Positions 36,723 to 46,579 are shown, counted from the stretch's first letter. The stretch: DNA of 51,598 nucleotides from Clostridiales bacterium (GCA_016281805.1 JAEEJJ010000130.1:1-51598), one strand, 5' to 3'. Notes: generated by a model from the letters alone, not told the origin. Numbers and translations are program-made.

Positions 36723-36759
36723 AAAAGCAAAAAGGTCCGCAGTATAAAACAGCGAACCT
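36723..36759 (-). terminator. TPP-riboswitch expression-platform terminator
   Basis: The minus strand reads AGGUUCGC...GCGGACCU followed by UUUUGCUUUU. Confidence 0.65.
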
Positions 36760-36776
36760 GAAACGACGTATAATTT

Positions 36777-36850
36777 GCTTTTCCTACGGAGGTATTAACC
36801 TCATCAGGTTCAATGGGTGTTTCTCAACCGAAATCCGGTACCCCAAAGCA
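36777..36850 (-). promoter_or_regulatory. TPP (THI-box) riboswitch aptamer
   Basis: The minus strand reads UGCUUUGGGGUACCGGAUUUCGGUUGAGAAACACCCAUUGAACCUGAUGAGGUUAAUACCUCCGUAGGAAAAGCA. This contains the UGAGA, ACCUGA and GUAGGAA blocks and a closing P1 (UGCUUU/AAAGCA). Confidence 0.9.
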
Positions 36851-36866
36851 ATATTGATTTTTCTGG

Positions 36867-36895
36867 ATTATAGCACATTTTTTTCTATTTGTCAA
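36867..36895 (-). promoter_or_regulatory. promoter of the TPP riboswitch/thiT unit (TTGACA-17-TATAAT)
   Basis: On the minus strand, TTGACA is at 36895-36890 and TATAAT at 36872-36867. Confidence 0.65.
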
Positions 36896-36928
36896 TAATA
36901 ATTTTTCAAAAGAAAGAGGTAATCAAAA

Positions 36929-37474
36929 ATGATTTGTAACAATTGCGGAGCCAACATCGAAAACGGCGCTACAATATGCCCGAATTGCGGCACGCCGCTT
37001 GCTGTTGCAGGAGCGCAGCAGAACGGATTTGAAAACAATACGCAAAGAACGGTAGTTATTCCTCCGCCTAACCTTGGTCAGAACAAAACTTATACGGTAA
37101 AAAAAGGCAAAGGCATGGGCTGGATAATGTTTGCAAAAGTGATGCTGTGGCTTTCCTTTGTGGGAATAATCCTTATAGGAATCATAATGGGAATAGCAGT
37201 TATGTCTGCAGGATCGCTCGCAGCGATACCGGGCAACCCATACGGAGGAGCAGCGATCAGCGGAGCTGCTGCGGTAATATCGGGTATTTTCATTATGATA
37301 ATGAGTGTTGTTCTTGCATTTGCCTCGGTTTGCTACGGTTTTATACTTCTTGACGCATGCACGAACCTTGCAAATATAAACGATAATCTTTCCGAGCTTA
37401 TCAACATTACGGCAGACAGCAAAAACACATCGGAAAGAATAAACGCAACTGTATATGAAATTCTGAGAAAATAA
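36929..37474 (+). CDS. zinc-ribbon membrane protein, function unknown
   Basis: N-terminal CNNCG...CPNCG zinc ribbon followed by hydrophobic segments. An RBS (AAGAGG) precedes it and a terminator follows. Confidence 0.6.
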   Translation: MICNNCGANIENGATICPNCGTPLAVAGAQQNGFENNTQRTVVIPPPNLGQNKTYTVKKGKGMGWIMFAKVMLWLSFVGIILIGIIMGIAVMSAGSLAAIPGNPYGGAAISGAAAVISGIFIMIMSVVLAFASVCYGFILLDACTNLANINDNLSELINITADSKNTSERINATVYEILRK

Positions 37475-37481
37475 ATAAGAT

Positions 37482-37512
37482 AAAAAACGGCTCCTTCGGG
37501 AGCCTTTTTTTT
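37482..37512 (+). terminator. rho-independent terminator
   Basis: Stem GGCTCC-TTCG-GGAGCC followed by TTTTTTTT. Confidence 0.85.
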
Positions 37513-37520
37513 GCTTCTGC

Positions 37521-37549
37521 TTGACAATAGTAAAAAAAAGTGGTATTAT
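37521..37549 (+). promoter_or_regulatory. promoter (TTGACA-17-TATTAT)
   Basis: Hexamers at 37521-37526 and 37544-37549. Confidence 0.55.
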
Positions 37550-37597
37550 TATTAAGCGCAAAATCTTCATCAGAATTTTAACGGAAGGGGCAGATTT

Positions 37598-38566
37598 ATG
37601 CCGATCTATATAGTAAGCAGCACAGCATATTTATATACGGACGCAAGAGTGAACGAAAAAAAATCTTCTTTTTTTGATAAAAAGCGCCCCTCTCGTGTTA
37701 AAGCCGTGAAGAGAGAAGGAGCGCAGCTTTTTATCGACGTTTATTTACCTGTAATAAACAATGTTGAAGATGCGGAATATTCAATAGAGACCTGTTATAA
37801 AAACGCAATGAAAGCCGCATATGACAACGGTGTAAACTCCGTTCTTTTTCCTCTTTTTGCGGCGAACGACAATGTTTTTTCGAAAGAAAAGCTTTTACGA
37901 ATTGCTGAAAAAGCGATCTCTGACAGTATCGACGGCAATGAAATGACTGTTTATATTGATGTGGGCAGGAACTTGCTGTTTTCCAAAGAGAATGAACGCT
38001 TTGCCGAACTGAATTCATATATAAACAGCAAGCTTATTGTTGAAGATATCCGCATTGAATCAATAAAAGAAGCTTCAAAGAAGCCCTCTTCCACCCACAG
38101 GAACAGGAAAAGCAATGCAATGCTTTCTGCAGAAGCGGAATTCGACATGATGCCGGCTGCGTTTGCAATGCCGGAAGGCACGGTTGAAGCCAAACACGAT
38201 TCTCTTGCTTTTGCGCTTGAACAGATCGACGAAAGTTTTTCGGAAATGCTGCTCAGAAAAATAGACGAAGAGGGAATGACAGACGCGGAATGCTATAAGA
38301 AAGCCAATATAGACAGAAAGCTGTTTTCGAAAATAAGAAGCGACAAGCTTTACAGACCAAGTAAAGCAACGGCAATCGCGTTTGCGGTAGCTCTGGAGCT
38401 TTCATTGGAAGAAACGAAGGAAATGCTTATGAAAGCCGGATTTGCGCTTTCGCATTCAAGTAAATTCGATATCATTATCGAATACTATATTTCCAACGGA
38501 ATATATGATATTTTTGAAATAAACGAAGCACTTTTTGCATTTGATCAGAATCTGCTCGGAGCATAA
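37598..38566 (+). CDS. degenerate macro-like domain fused to a C-terminal helix-turn-helix domain
   Basis: SIETCYKNAMKAAYDNGVNSVLFPLFAAN resembles the distal half of macro domains. The C-terminus (EMLLRKIDEEGMTDAECYKKANIDRKLFSKIRS...SKATAIAFAVAL) is XRE-like HTH. Confidence 0.45.
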   Translation: MPIYIVSSTAYLYTDARVNEKKSSFFDKKRPSRVKAVKREGAQLFIDVYLPVINNVEDAEYSIETCYKNAMKAAYDNGVNSVLFPLFAANDNVFSKEKLLRIAEKAISDSIDGNEMTVYIDVGRNLLFSKENERFAELNSYINSKLIVEDIRIESIKEASKKPSSTHRNRKSNAMLSAEAEFDMMPAAFAMPEGTVEAKHDSLAFALEQIDESFSEMLLRKIDEEGMTDAECYKKANIDRKLFSKIRSDKLYRPSKATAIAFAVALELSLEETKEMLMKAGFALSHSSKFDIIIEYYISNGIYDIFEINEALFAFDQNLLGA

Positions 38567-38610
38567 TAAATTTTTTTCTGTCCGCAAAATGCGGACAATG
38601 GAGGACAATA

Positions 38611-39741
38611 ATGGAAGATATAACACTCAGCGCTGCTGAACGGGAAAAAGCTATTGTAAAAACAAGCGCAATAGGAATAATAACGAATGTTTTGCTCTCT
38701 GTTTTCAAGGCAATAATAGGTATAGTGTCAAACTCTATTGCGGTAACGCTTGACGCCGTAAACAATCTATCGGACGCGCTATCGTCGGTAATAACGGTAA
38801 TAGGCGCCAAATTAGCCGGAAGAGCGCCTGACAAGAAGCACCCTTTAGGACACGGCAGAATCGAATATTTAAGTTCCATGGTCGTTGCCGCGCTCGTATT
38901 GTATGCAGGTATAACATCGCTTACAGAATCGATAAAGAAAATAATCGAGCCTGAAACGCCTGATTATTCAATTATTTCGCTTATTATAATTGCGGTCGCT
39001 ATCGTTGCAAAGCTGTTACTTGGCGCATTTGTTAAAAAACAGGGGCAAAAAGTTTCTTCCGGAGCGCTTGTAGCATCCGGTTCAGACGCACTTTTCGACG
39101 CGATCTTATCATCGTCCGTTCTTGCATGCGCGATCATATTCAAAATATTCAATATATCGCTTGAACCTTATATCGGAATCGTTATTTCGATCATGATAAT
39201 CAAATCGGGTCTTGAAATGATGGGAGACACGTTGACAGATATACTCGGAAGACGTGCCGATGCAGATCTGACGAAAGAAATAAAGAAGATAATAACAGCA
39301 GAACCTCAGGTACGCGGAGCTTACGATCTTCTGATCAATAACTACGGTCCCGACAAGAACTATGCATCTGTGCATATTGAGCTGCCTGATGTAATGACAG
39401 TTGAAGAAGTTGACAAACTGACGAGAAAAATAGAATCGAACGTATATAAAGAAACAGGAGTTATTCTCACGGGCGTTGGTGTGTATTCTTTCAACACCGG
39501 GGACAATGAAATTGCAAACATGAGAAACAACATACAAAAAATCGTTCTTTCTCATGACTGGGCTCTTCAACTTCACGGTTTTCATGCCGATCCCGAAGAA
39601 AAAACTGCGAGATTTGACGTTGTGATCAGTTTTGACATATCACGGAATGAAGCGATAGAGACGCTGATGAAGGAAATACAACCTGAATATCCCGAATATA
39701 AGTTCTTTATTCTCCCCGATTCAGATATTTCGGATATATAA
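38611..39741 (+). CDS. cation diffusion facilitator (CDF) family transporter
   Basis: 376 aa with six TM helices plus a cytoplasmic domain. The layout is SDALSSVI...HPLGHGRIE, the CDF signature region. Confidence 0.88.
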   Translation: MEDITLSAAEREKAIVKTSAIGIITNVLLSVFKAIIGIVSNSIAVTLDAVNNLSDALSSVITVIGAKLAGRAPDKKHPLGHGRIEYLSSMVVAALVLYAGITSLTESIKKIIEPETPDYSIISLIIIAVAIVAKLLLGAFVKKQGQKVSSGALVASGSDALFDAILSSSVLACAIIFKIFNISLEPYIGIVISIMIIKSGLEMMGDTLTDILGRRADADLTKEIKKIITAEPQVRGAYDLLINNYGPDKNYASVHIELPDVMTVEEVDKLTRKIESNVYKETGVILTGVGVYSFNTGDNEIANMRNNIQKIVLSHDWALQLHGFHADPEEKTARFDVVISFDISRNEAIETLMKEIQPEYPEYKFFILPDSDISDI

Positions 39742-39788
39742 AAAATGTCGCTTTAAAAGCGACCAAACAAAACGAAATATAGTGTATA

Positions 39789-39829
39789 ATATGACTGCAA
39801 AGAAAAAAAAATTGCAGTCATATTTTTTT
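39789..39829 (+). terminator. strong hairpin plus T-run directly before the vWA gene RBS
   Basis: Perfect 12-bp stem ATATGACTGCAA / TTGCAGTCATAT, an 11-nt A-rich loop, then TTTTTT. Confidence 0.75.
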
Positions 39830-39843
39830 AGGAGGAAATAATA

Positions 39844-40491
39844 ATGAAAAAAAATCTTACGGAGATCGTTTTTATTCTGGACAGAAGCGGATCGATGAGC
39901 GGGCTTGAAAGCGACACTATCGGCGGATTCAATGCGATGATCGAAAAACAAAAGAAAACAGACGGCGAGGCTGTTGTATCGACGGTACTTTTTGACAATA
40001 AAAGTGAAGTGCTGCACGACAGAGTAGATATCAAAAAGATCGAGCCGATGACAGACAGGGATTACACAGTAGGCGGATGCACAGCGTTAATAGACGCTAT
40101 AGGAGGCGCGATACATCATATAAGCAATGTGCATAAATACGCAAGAGAAGAAGATATTCCGGAGCACACTGTTTTTGTTATTACAACAGACGGAATGGAA
40201 AACGCGAGCAGAAAATACGACAGTAAAGAAGTAAAAAACATGATCGAAAAAAAGAAAGAAGAAAAAGGCTGGGAATTCTTATTTCTCGGCGCGAATATCG
40301 ATGCGGTGGAAACAGCAAGAAATTTCGGGATCGGCGCAGACAGAGCCGTAAATTACAGAGCAGATCAAAAAGGAACAAGACTGAATTTCAAGGTAGTCGG
40401 AGACGCAATAAGCGCTGTCAGGGAATGCGCGCCTCTGACTGCGAACTGGAAACAGGAAATCGAAGATGATTATGAACGCAGAAAGAAATAA
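39844..40491 (+). CDS. von Willebrand factor A (vWA) domain protein
   Basis: MIDAS motif VFILDRSGSMSG, plus TAL and TDGMEN. 215 aa with no signal peptide. Confidence 0.75.
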   Translation: MKKNLTEIVFILDRSGSMSGLESDTIGGFNAMIEKQKKTDGEAVVSTVLFDNKSEVLHDRVDIKKIEPMTDRDYTVGGCTALIDAIGGAIHHISNVHKYAREEDIPEHTVFVITTDGMENASRKYDSKEVKNMIEKKKEEKGWEFLFLGANIDAVETARNFGIGADRAVNYRADQKGTRLNFKVVGDAISAVRECAPLTANWKQEIEDDYERRKK

Positions 40492-40500
40492 ATGATATTA

Positions 40501-40534
40501 AAAAAACCCGAAAGCAATGCTTTCGGGTTTTTTG
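40501..40534. terminator. bidirectional terminator
   Basis: Stem AAAAAACCCGAAAGC / GCTTTCGGGTTTTTT. Confidence 0.85.
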
Positions 40535-40549
40535 ATTTATTGCAGATAA

Positions 40550-41572
40550 TCAGCCCCACAGTTTTTTGTTCGGGGAATTTGCCTTGATAGAGGATAGGTC
40601 GCTTACAAGCTCAAGAGCAGCGCCGGTTCCTTTTGCAACGCATGATACGGCATCTTCGGCTACAGCGACGCGGATACCGACATATTCCGCAATCATCTTA
40701 TCGAAGCCGTAAAGAAGACTTCCGCCGCCTGTCATTATAATACCGTCAAGAGATATATCCCCTATCAGTTCGGGCGGAGTGCGTGAAAGGACATCGTGTG
40801 TAGCTTCGGCTACGCTTCTTGCAGGTTCCTGATATGCCTCCATAGTATCTTCGGATGTTATAGTAAATTCGCGTGGAAGACCGGATGTAAGATCTCTTCC
40901 GCGGACTGTCATTGAAAGCTTTTCTGGACGAGGAGATACGCAGCCTATACGGATCTTGATATCTTCCGCAGTTCTTTCGCCGATAAGGATGCCCCACTCT
41001 TTTCGTATAAACTTTACGAGAGCTTCGTCGAATCTGTCTCCCGCTACTTTAACGCTCTCGGAAACGACTACATCGCCAAGCGAGATGACGGCAATGTCCG
41101 CTGTGCCGCCGCCTATGTCGATAACCATTACGCCGCGCGGTTTTGAAATATCAATACCCGCCCCTATCGCGGCAGCCATCGGTTCTTCAATAAGCTCGAC
41201 TGATTTCGCGCCCGCATTGAGCGCAGCATCACGAACGGCACGTTCTTCGACCTCGTTGATCCTTGAGGGGATACAAACCACGATATTGGGTCTGAAAATA
41301 GAATGGCCGTTTACTCGTTTAATAAAATATTTGAGCATTCGCTCGGTCGTTTCGTAATCGGATATTACACCGTCACGAAGAGGACGGATCGCAAGAATGT
41401 TACCCGGCGTTCTACCGAGCATTTCCTGAGCCTCCACACCTACTTTGAGTATTTTACCCGTTGTTCTGTCTATGGCAACAACGGAGGGTTCGCGCAAAAC
41501 AATGCCTTTGCCCTTAACATAAATAAGAACAGAGGCAGTACCAAGGTCGATACCTATATTTTTTTCAAACAT
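40550..41572 (-). CDS. mreB: rod-shape-determining actin homolog MreB/Mbl
   Basis: Contains IGIDLGTASVLIY and VIDIGGGTADIAV. 340 aa. Confidence 0.9.
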   Translation of the reverse strand: MFEKNIGIDLGTASVLIYVKGKGIVLREPSVVAIDRTTGKILKVGVEAQEMLGRTPGNILAIRPLRDGVISDYETTERMLKYFIKRVNGHSIFRPNIVVCIPSRINEVEERAVRDAALNAGAKSVELIEEPMAAAIGAGIDISKPRGVMVIDIGGGTADIAVISLGDVVVSESVKVAGDRFDEALVKFIRKEWGILIGERTAEDIKIRIGCVSPRPEKLSMTVRGRDLTSGLPREFTITSEDTMEAYQEPARSVAEATHDVLSRTPPELIGDISLDGIIMTGGGSLLYGFDKMIAEYVGIRVAVAEDAVSCVAKGTGAALELVSDLSSIKANSPNKKLWG

Positions 41573-41573
41573 A

Positions 41574-42179
41574 TCAAGTTTCCTTTACAGCCTGTTCCGA
41601 TTCTGCAATAATATTATTCTCATCGGATAAATGTGTTGTGTTGTTCGTATTTTGTTTGGGGAATAAAAAGTCGTAATAATTTTTCAGCGAACATACCGTA
41701 ATACAGAATGCCGCGGAATATTCAAAATAAAATTCAAAAACATAAGTTCCGAGCCATCCGATAAGGATCAACGCGAAAATGGTAAAATCTTCAACAGAAC
41801 GATCTGCCCACTCACTGATTTTTGTTTTTTCGACAATGTCTTCATCAGAAAAGCTGTCTTTCGTAAAAAGGAAAAGCGCAATAAGAACAATCAGTGAGAC
41901 CGCTATGGGAATGATGATCCATGTTTGAGGCCTGAAGGAGGCGTAGTCAAGCTCGGAAATGAGCATAAATGACGAGTAGTAGATAAAATAAAGATTAATC
42001 AACGTAAAAACAATAGATAATATAGTTTTTACGGGTTTTGCTGATTTTACAAGAAAAGCAGAGAGAAATCTGAAAGCAAAGAAAAGCCCCGAAACGATAA
42101 AAACGAAATATGAACCGAGAATACCGGTAATTATCTGACCTATGCCGAGGAACAAATATATCAAAGAACTTTTTTTCAT
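41574..42179 (-). CDS. hypothetical polytopic membrane protein
   Basis: 201 aa with about 5 hydrophobic segments. Its stop lies 1 nt before the mreB start. Confidence 0.5.
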   Translation of the reverse strand: MKKSSLIYLFLGIGQIITGILGSYFVFIVSGLFFAFRFLSAFLVKSAKPVKTILSIVFTLINLYFIYYSSFMLISELDYASFRPQTWIIIPIAVSLIVLIALFLFTKDSFSDEDIVEKTKISEWADRSVEDFTIFALILIGWLGTYVFEFYFEYSAAFCITVCSLKNYYDFLFPKQNTNNTTHLSDENNIIAESEQAVKET

Positions 42180-42282
42180 TTTTTTCTCCGGAAATCAAAG
42201 AAAATCTGTTTAGAACTTCACAGTTATCATTATACAACATAATACGCTTATTGTCAAGCGGTAAATTTGTTAAATTTACTAC

Positions 42283-42311
42283 TTGACTAATGCAATAAAA
42301 TGTATTATAAT
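42283..42311 (+). promoter_or_regulatory. promoter (TTGACT-17-TATAAT)
   Basis: Hexamers at 42283-42288 and 42306-42311. Confidence 0.6.
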
Positions 42312-42388
42312 AATTATGTATATACAATTGCAATTAAATCTGTCGCGGATACGGCAGAATAGATATTACGACAGGAGACGATCAGTAA

Positions 42389-43810
42389 ATGCACAGACAG
42401 ATATTGAAACTGCTTTGCACCGTAACGGTACTTGCCATGATATTTGCTGTTATTCCCGTAAGCGCACATGCGACTCCCGATGGAATCACTGCAGGCGGAT
42501 ATGTGTTGATGGATGCTGCAACAGGTCAGGTCCTTACGGAAAAGAACATGGATCAACAGCTTTATCCCGCAAGCATAACAAAAATTATGACTGTTCTTCT
42601 TGCAGTGGAGAATGCTAATCCGGACACGGTTGTTACGGTATCCGCAGATGCAACGATTATGGATAAACCTGATTATTCAGACAGTATGCACATCGCTCTT
42701 ACAGCCGGAGAAAACATCAGAATGGAAGATCTGATGTATGCTGCGATGATCGAATCTGCAAATGACGCAGCAAACTGCATTGCGGAAAGCGTTTCCGGTT
42801 CAGTTGAAGCTTTTGCGGAGCTTATGAATAAGCGAGCTGCCGAACTCGGCGCAAAGAACACACACTTTACAAATCCTCACGGACTTCCCGACGAAAATCA
42901 TCTGACAACTGCCTTTGATATGGCCCAGATCACCAGATACGCCATTACTAACGAGAAATTCGTTAAACTTTTTTCCACAATAATATACGAAATTCCGCCG
43001 GACAACAAAAAATCCGAAGTTCTGACTATTTCTTCGGGTTTTTCGATGATGAAAGGCTCTGATCCGCATTATTATGAAGGAATAATCGGTGGCAAAACAG
43101 GATATACTCGCCCTGCCGGCTACACCGGAGTTGCTGCAGCAAAAAGAGGAGATAAGACTCTTATTGCTGTAGTTTTGGGTTCTACAACGGGTAATGACCG
43201 TTTTTCCGATCTTAAAACGCTGCTTGACTACGGATTTGACAATTTCACAAAAACTCCGATCACTACAGCAGAAGTTAAGCCCACCGTCTCCAAAGTTGTT
43301 GAAAACGGAAACGTTGTGGCGACAGTCGCAATCAGCCCTGCAAGCGATATGTATTACCTTAGACACAGCTCGGTATCGGAAGAAGACGTTTTGTTACAAA
43401 TAAATATAAGCGATACATACAGCTGGTATGACATTAATCCGAGCATAACTCTTTCGATCTCAGACGGAACATACATGTACCCGAATATAGGCACATTTGC
43501 GCTTACACATAACGAAAAGCAGCTGACAAACCCTATTCCGATAACTTCCGATAATACAGTTCCGTCGGATGCCGCCGAAGAAACGGCTGAGACAAGCAGT
43601 GAGACCGAGAATAAAGGAATGCCGACATTGCTCAAAGTAATTCTGATCATCCTTGCAGTCATACTTATACTCTTTGGTGCATTTGTGCTTCTGTTCTTTA
43701 TATCCAACGCAAGGAGAAGAAAACGTGACAAGCTCAGAAGACTGAAGAGGCAGGAAATGTATGAACAGTCAAGACGAGAACTGATGGCATCCAGAAGAAA
43801 AGATCAATAA
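42389..43810 (+). CDS. serine-type D-Ala-D-Ala carboxypeptidase (PBP5/DacB-like) with C-terminal membrane anchor
   Basis: Signal peptide present. Contains SxxK (PASITKIMT), SAND, and HGL. The tail is a TM segment followed by an Arg/Lys-rich stretch. Confidence 0.85.
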   Translation: MHRQILKLLCTVTVLAMIFAVIPVSAHATPDGITAGGYVLMDAATGQVLTEKNMDQQLYPASITKIMTVLLAVENANPDTVVTVSADATIMDKPDYSDSMHIALTAGENIRMEDLMYAAMIESANDAANCIAESVSGSVEAFAELMNKRAAELGAKNTHFTNPHGLPDENHLTTAFDMAQITRYAITNEKFVKLFSTIIYEIPPDNKKSEVLTISSGFSMMKGSDPHYYEGIIGGKTGYTRPAGYTGVAAAKRGDKTLIAVVLGSTTGNDRFSDLKTLLDYGFDNFTKTPITTAEVKPTVSKVVENGNVVATVAISPASDMYYLRHSSVSEEDVLLQINISDTYSWYDINPSITLSISDGTYMYPNIGTFALTHNEKQLTNPIPITSDNTVPSDAAEETAETSSETENKGMPTLLKVILIILAVILILFGAFVLLFFISNARRRKRDKLRRLKRQEMYEQSRRELMASRRKDQ

Positions 43811-43839
43811 TACAATCAATTATTTATAGGACAAACGAT

Positions 43840-44130
43840 ATGATAGACAAACTCAGAAACGAACAGATGGATATTCTTGTTCAGGGAATCCTTTCCCTGA
43901 AAACACCAGATGACTGCTATGCTTTTCTTGAGGATCTCTGCACGGCTACAGAGCTTAAAAGCATGGAACAGAGGTTTACCGTTGCGCGCATGCTTCTTGA
44001 CGGCAAGCAATATTCAGAAATAGTCAGCAAAACCGGCGCTTCAACAGCAACTATATCAAGGGTAAACCGGGCTCTGATGTATGGGGCGGACGGTTATCAG
44101 AAAGTGATCAAAAAAATAAAAGGAGAATAA
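43840..44130 (+). CDS. yerC: YerC/YecD-family TrpR-like protein
   Basis: 96 aa. Contains FLEDLCTATELKSMEQRF and GASTATISRVNR. Confidence 0.8.
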   Translation: MIDKLRNEQMDILVQGILSLKTPDDCYAFLEDLCTATELKSMEQRFTVARMLLDGKQYSEIVSKTGASTATISRVNRALMYGADGYQKVIKKIKGE

Positions 44131-44194
44131 GCATCTGAATATTCATATGGCACTCAGAAAGATTACCTTGCTCCTTAATAATTACGGTGGATAA

Positions 44195-45502
44195 ATGGAA
44201 ATATTATTACAGATAATATACACCGTTCTCGTTTTAGGCGCGCTGATATTTATACATGAACTCGGACATTTTACCACTGCAAAGCTTTCGGGGGTAAAAG
44301 TAAATGAATTTGCGATAGGTATGGGCCCTACCCTGTTCAGGATAAAGGGTAAGGAAACGACTTATGCGATCCGTCTTTTACCTATCGGCGGTTTTGTTGC
44401 TATGGAGGGCGAAGAAGAAGACAGCGAGGACGACAGAGCGTTCAACAAAAAAAGTGTCTGGAAAAGAATGATAATCGTTGCGGCAGGCGCCGCGATGAAC
44501 CTGATCCTCGGTTTTGTTATAACAACAGCTCTCGTTATAATGTCTACCGTTTCGGCATCAACGACTGTTCTCGGATTTGAAGATAATGCCGTTTCATCAC
44601 AAAGCGGACTTTTTGCAGGAGACAGGATCGTTGAGATAAACGGCACTCAAATAGGAAATATCGGAGATATCAAAAATTATTTTGCCCATTCGGAAGGATC
44701 GTCGTCTTTTGACATTACTGTGATAAGGAAAGGCGAAGAAACAACCGTAAAAGGCGTTTCTTTTCCGACAGAAGAAAAAAACGGAAAAATATATCCGATA
44801 ATAGATTTCAAAGTATCGTCCGGTCTTCCCTCAACGACAGTCGGAGGATTTGTTGAAGGTTCACTTTCAGAGCAGTCGGGCTTACGGATCGGCGACAGGA
44901 TCATCAATATAAACGGCAGGAATATAGCGATCTACACAGATATTGCAACCGCCTTTTCAGTAGCATACAATAAAGATACGCTTGATGTGACAGTTGAGAG
45001 AGACGGAGAGAAAGTACTTCTGAAGGACGTACGTTTTCCTGTATTTAAAGCAGCTGAAGACCTTACATCACCCGATATAGATTTCAAAGTTAAAGCCGAA
45101 GAAAAAACTATCCTTAATGTTCTTAAACATTCCGTATTCAGAACAGGGTCGTTCATCACACTGATGTATGATACGATAATTGATATGGTGACAGGAAAAC
45201 TATCCGTGAAATATGTGTCCGGACCTGTCGGAACATCTACGGTGATCTATCAGGCAGCACGGACAGGCATAGAGACACTGCTTTCGCTTGTTGCACTTAT
45301 TTCTATCAATCTTGCTGTTGTTAATCTGCTTCCCCTGCCCGCTCTTGACGGCGGAAAGCTCGTTTTTTTGCTGATTGAACTGATATTCAGAAAAAAGGTC
45401 CCGCAAAAAATAGAAGCAGCAATAAGTTTCGGTGGAATAGTAGCTTTGATGATACTGATGGTCGTAATAGTGTTTAAAGATATATTTTTCCCGATCATAT
45501 AG
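44195..45502 (+). CDS. rseP: RIP site-2 metalloprotease RseP/RasP with two PDZ domains
   Basis: Contains HELGH, two PDZ-like repeats (GDRIVEINGT and GDRIININGR) and NLLPLPALDGG. Confidence 0.9.
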   Translation: MEILLQIIYTVLVLGALIFIHELGHFTTAKLSGVKVNEFAIGMGPTLFRIKGKETTYAIRLLPIGGFVAMEGEEEDSEDDRAFNKKSVWKRMIIVAAGAAMNLILGFVITTALVIMSTVSASTTVLGFEDNAVSSQSGLFAGDRIVEINGTQIGNIGDIKNYFAHSEGSSSFDITVIRKGEETTVKGVSFPTEEKNGKIYPIIDFKVSSGLPSTTVGGFVEGSLSEQSGLRIGDRIININGRNIAIYTDIATAFSVAYNKDTLDVTVERDGEKVLLKDVRFPVFKAAEDLTSPDIDFKVKAEEKTILNVLKHSVFRTGSFITLMYDTIIDMVTGKLSVKYVSGPVGTSTVIYQAARTGIETLLSLVALISINLAVVNLLPLPALDGGKLVFLLIELIFRKKVPQKIEAAISFGGIVALMILMVVIVFKDIFFPII

Positions 45503-45510
45503 GTGTATAA

Positions 45511-46575
45511 ATGAGTTATAAAGAAATAAAAGTTGGCGCCGTCACGGTAGGCGGCGCTTTTCCGATATCGATACAGTCTATGTGTTCAATCCCTTTTTCG
45601 AGATTCAAAGAACTTGTATTTCAAGCCAAAGAGCTTGAAGAGGCGGGATGCGATATACTGAGAGTATCTGTTCCGGATAAGGAAAGCGCTGAATTATTCG
45701 GAAAATTAAAAAAGGAACTGAAGATTCCGCTTGTAGCAGATATTCATTTCGATCACAGACTTGCGCTTGCCGCAATAGATGCTGGTGCGGATAAAATCAG
45801 GATCAATCCGGGCAATATAGGAACAGAAAACATAAAAACGGTCGTTAATAAGGCGAAAGAACACGGAATTCCGATACGTGTAGGGATAAACAGCGGCTCG
45901 CTTGAAAAAGTCGTACTTGAAAAATATGGAGCGCCTGTTCCAGAGGCTCTGGCTGAAAGCGCAAAAAAGAATGTTGAATTACTTGAAAATCTTGATTTTG
46001 GTGATATTATAGTATCCATAAAAAGCTCGGATGTTGTTTCAACGCTAAAATCATACAGGATTTTTGACAGCATGAATTCGGGAAGATATCCTTTGCATGT
46101 TGGTGTTACCGAAGCAGGCACGCTCAAATCAGGACTGATTAAAAATTCTGTCGGAATAGGAGCGCTGCTTCTTGAGGGCATAGGAAGCACAATAAGATAC
46201 TCGCTTTCCGCCCCGCCGAACGAAGAAATAACCGCAGCAAAAACGCTTTTGCGAGCACTTGGATTAAGAAAAGAAGGCGTTGAGATCATTGCATGCCCTA
46301 CATGCGGAAGGACGACCGTTGATGTAACAGAGCTTGCCGATGAGCTTGAAAAAAAGCTTGCAGGCATAAAAAAGCGATTTAAGGTTGCCGTTATGGGCTG
46401 TGTTGTAAACGGCCCCGGAGAGGCTGCCGAAGCTGATATAGGTGTTACGGGAGCAGCAGGAAAATACGTAGTATTTAAAAAAGAGAACGGTAAAACGAAT
46501 GTAGTTCTTAAAGATGCAGACAGAAAGACAGCAACAGACTTCATAATTAACGCTGCAAAAGAAAATGAAAGGTAA
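45511..46575 (+). CDS. ispG: 4-hydroxy-3-methylbut-2-en-1-yl diphosphate synthase
   Basis: 354 aa. Contains VADIHFD, RINPGNIG and CPTCGR...GCVVNGPGE. Confidence 0.95.
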   Translation: MSYKEIKVGAVTVGGAFPISIQSMCSIPFSRFKELVFQAKELEEAGCDILRVSVPDKESAELFGKLKKELKIPLVADIHFDHRLALAAIDAGADKIRINPGNIGTENIKTVVNKAKEHGIPIRVGINSGSLEKVVLEKYGAPVPEALAESAKKNVELLENLDFGDIIVSIKSSDVVSTLKSYRIFDSMNSGRYPLHVGVTEAGTLKSGLIKNSVGIGALLLEGIGSTIRYSLSAPPNEEITAAKTLLRALGLRKEGVEIIACPTCGRTTVDVTELADELEKKLAGIKKRFKVAVMGCVVNGPGEAAEADIGVTGAAGKYVVFKKENGKTNVVLKDADRKTATDFIINAAKENER

Positions 46576-46579
46576 AAAG

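Noticed and set aside
36923-37570. 215-aa minus-strand ORF overlapping the zinc-ribbon membrane protein gene.
   Set aside because: The plus-strand ORF has an RBS, a CxxC...CxxC zinc ribbon, TM segments and a terminator. The minus ORF is Cys/Arg/Tyr-rich, lacks signals, and would run through that terminator.
45753-46544. 263-aa ORF on the minus strand.
   Set aside because: It is antisense to ispG, which has clear signatures. The translation is Ser/Ala/Pro/Phe-rich low-complexity sequence typical of the reverse frame of a real gene.
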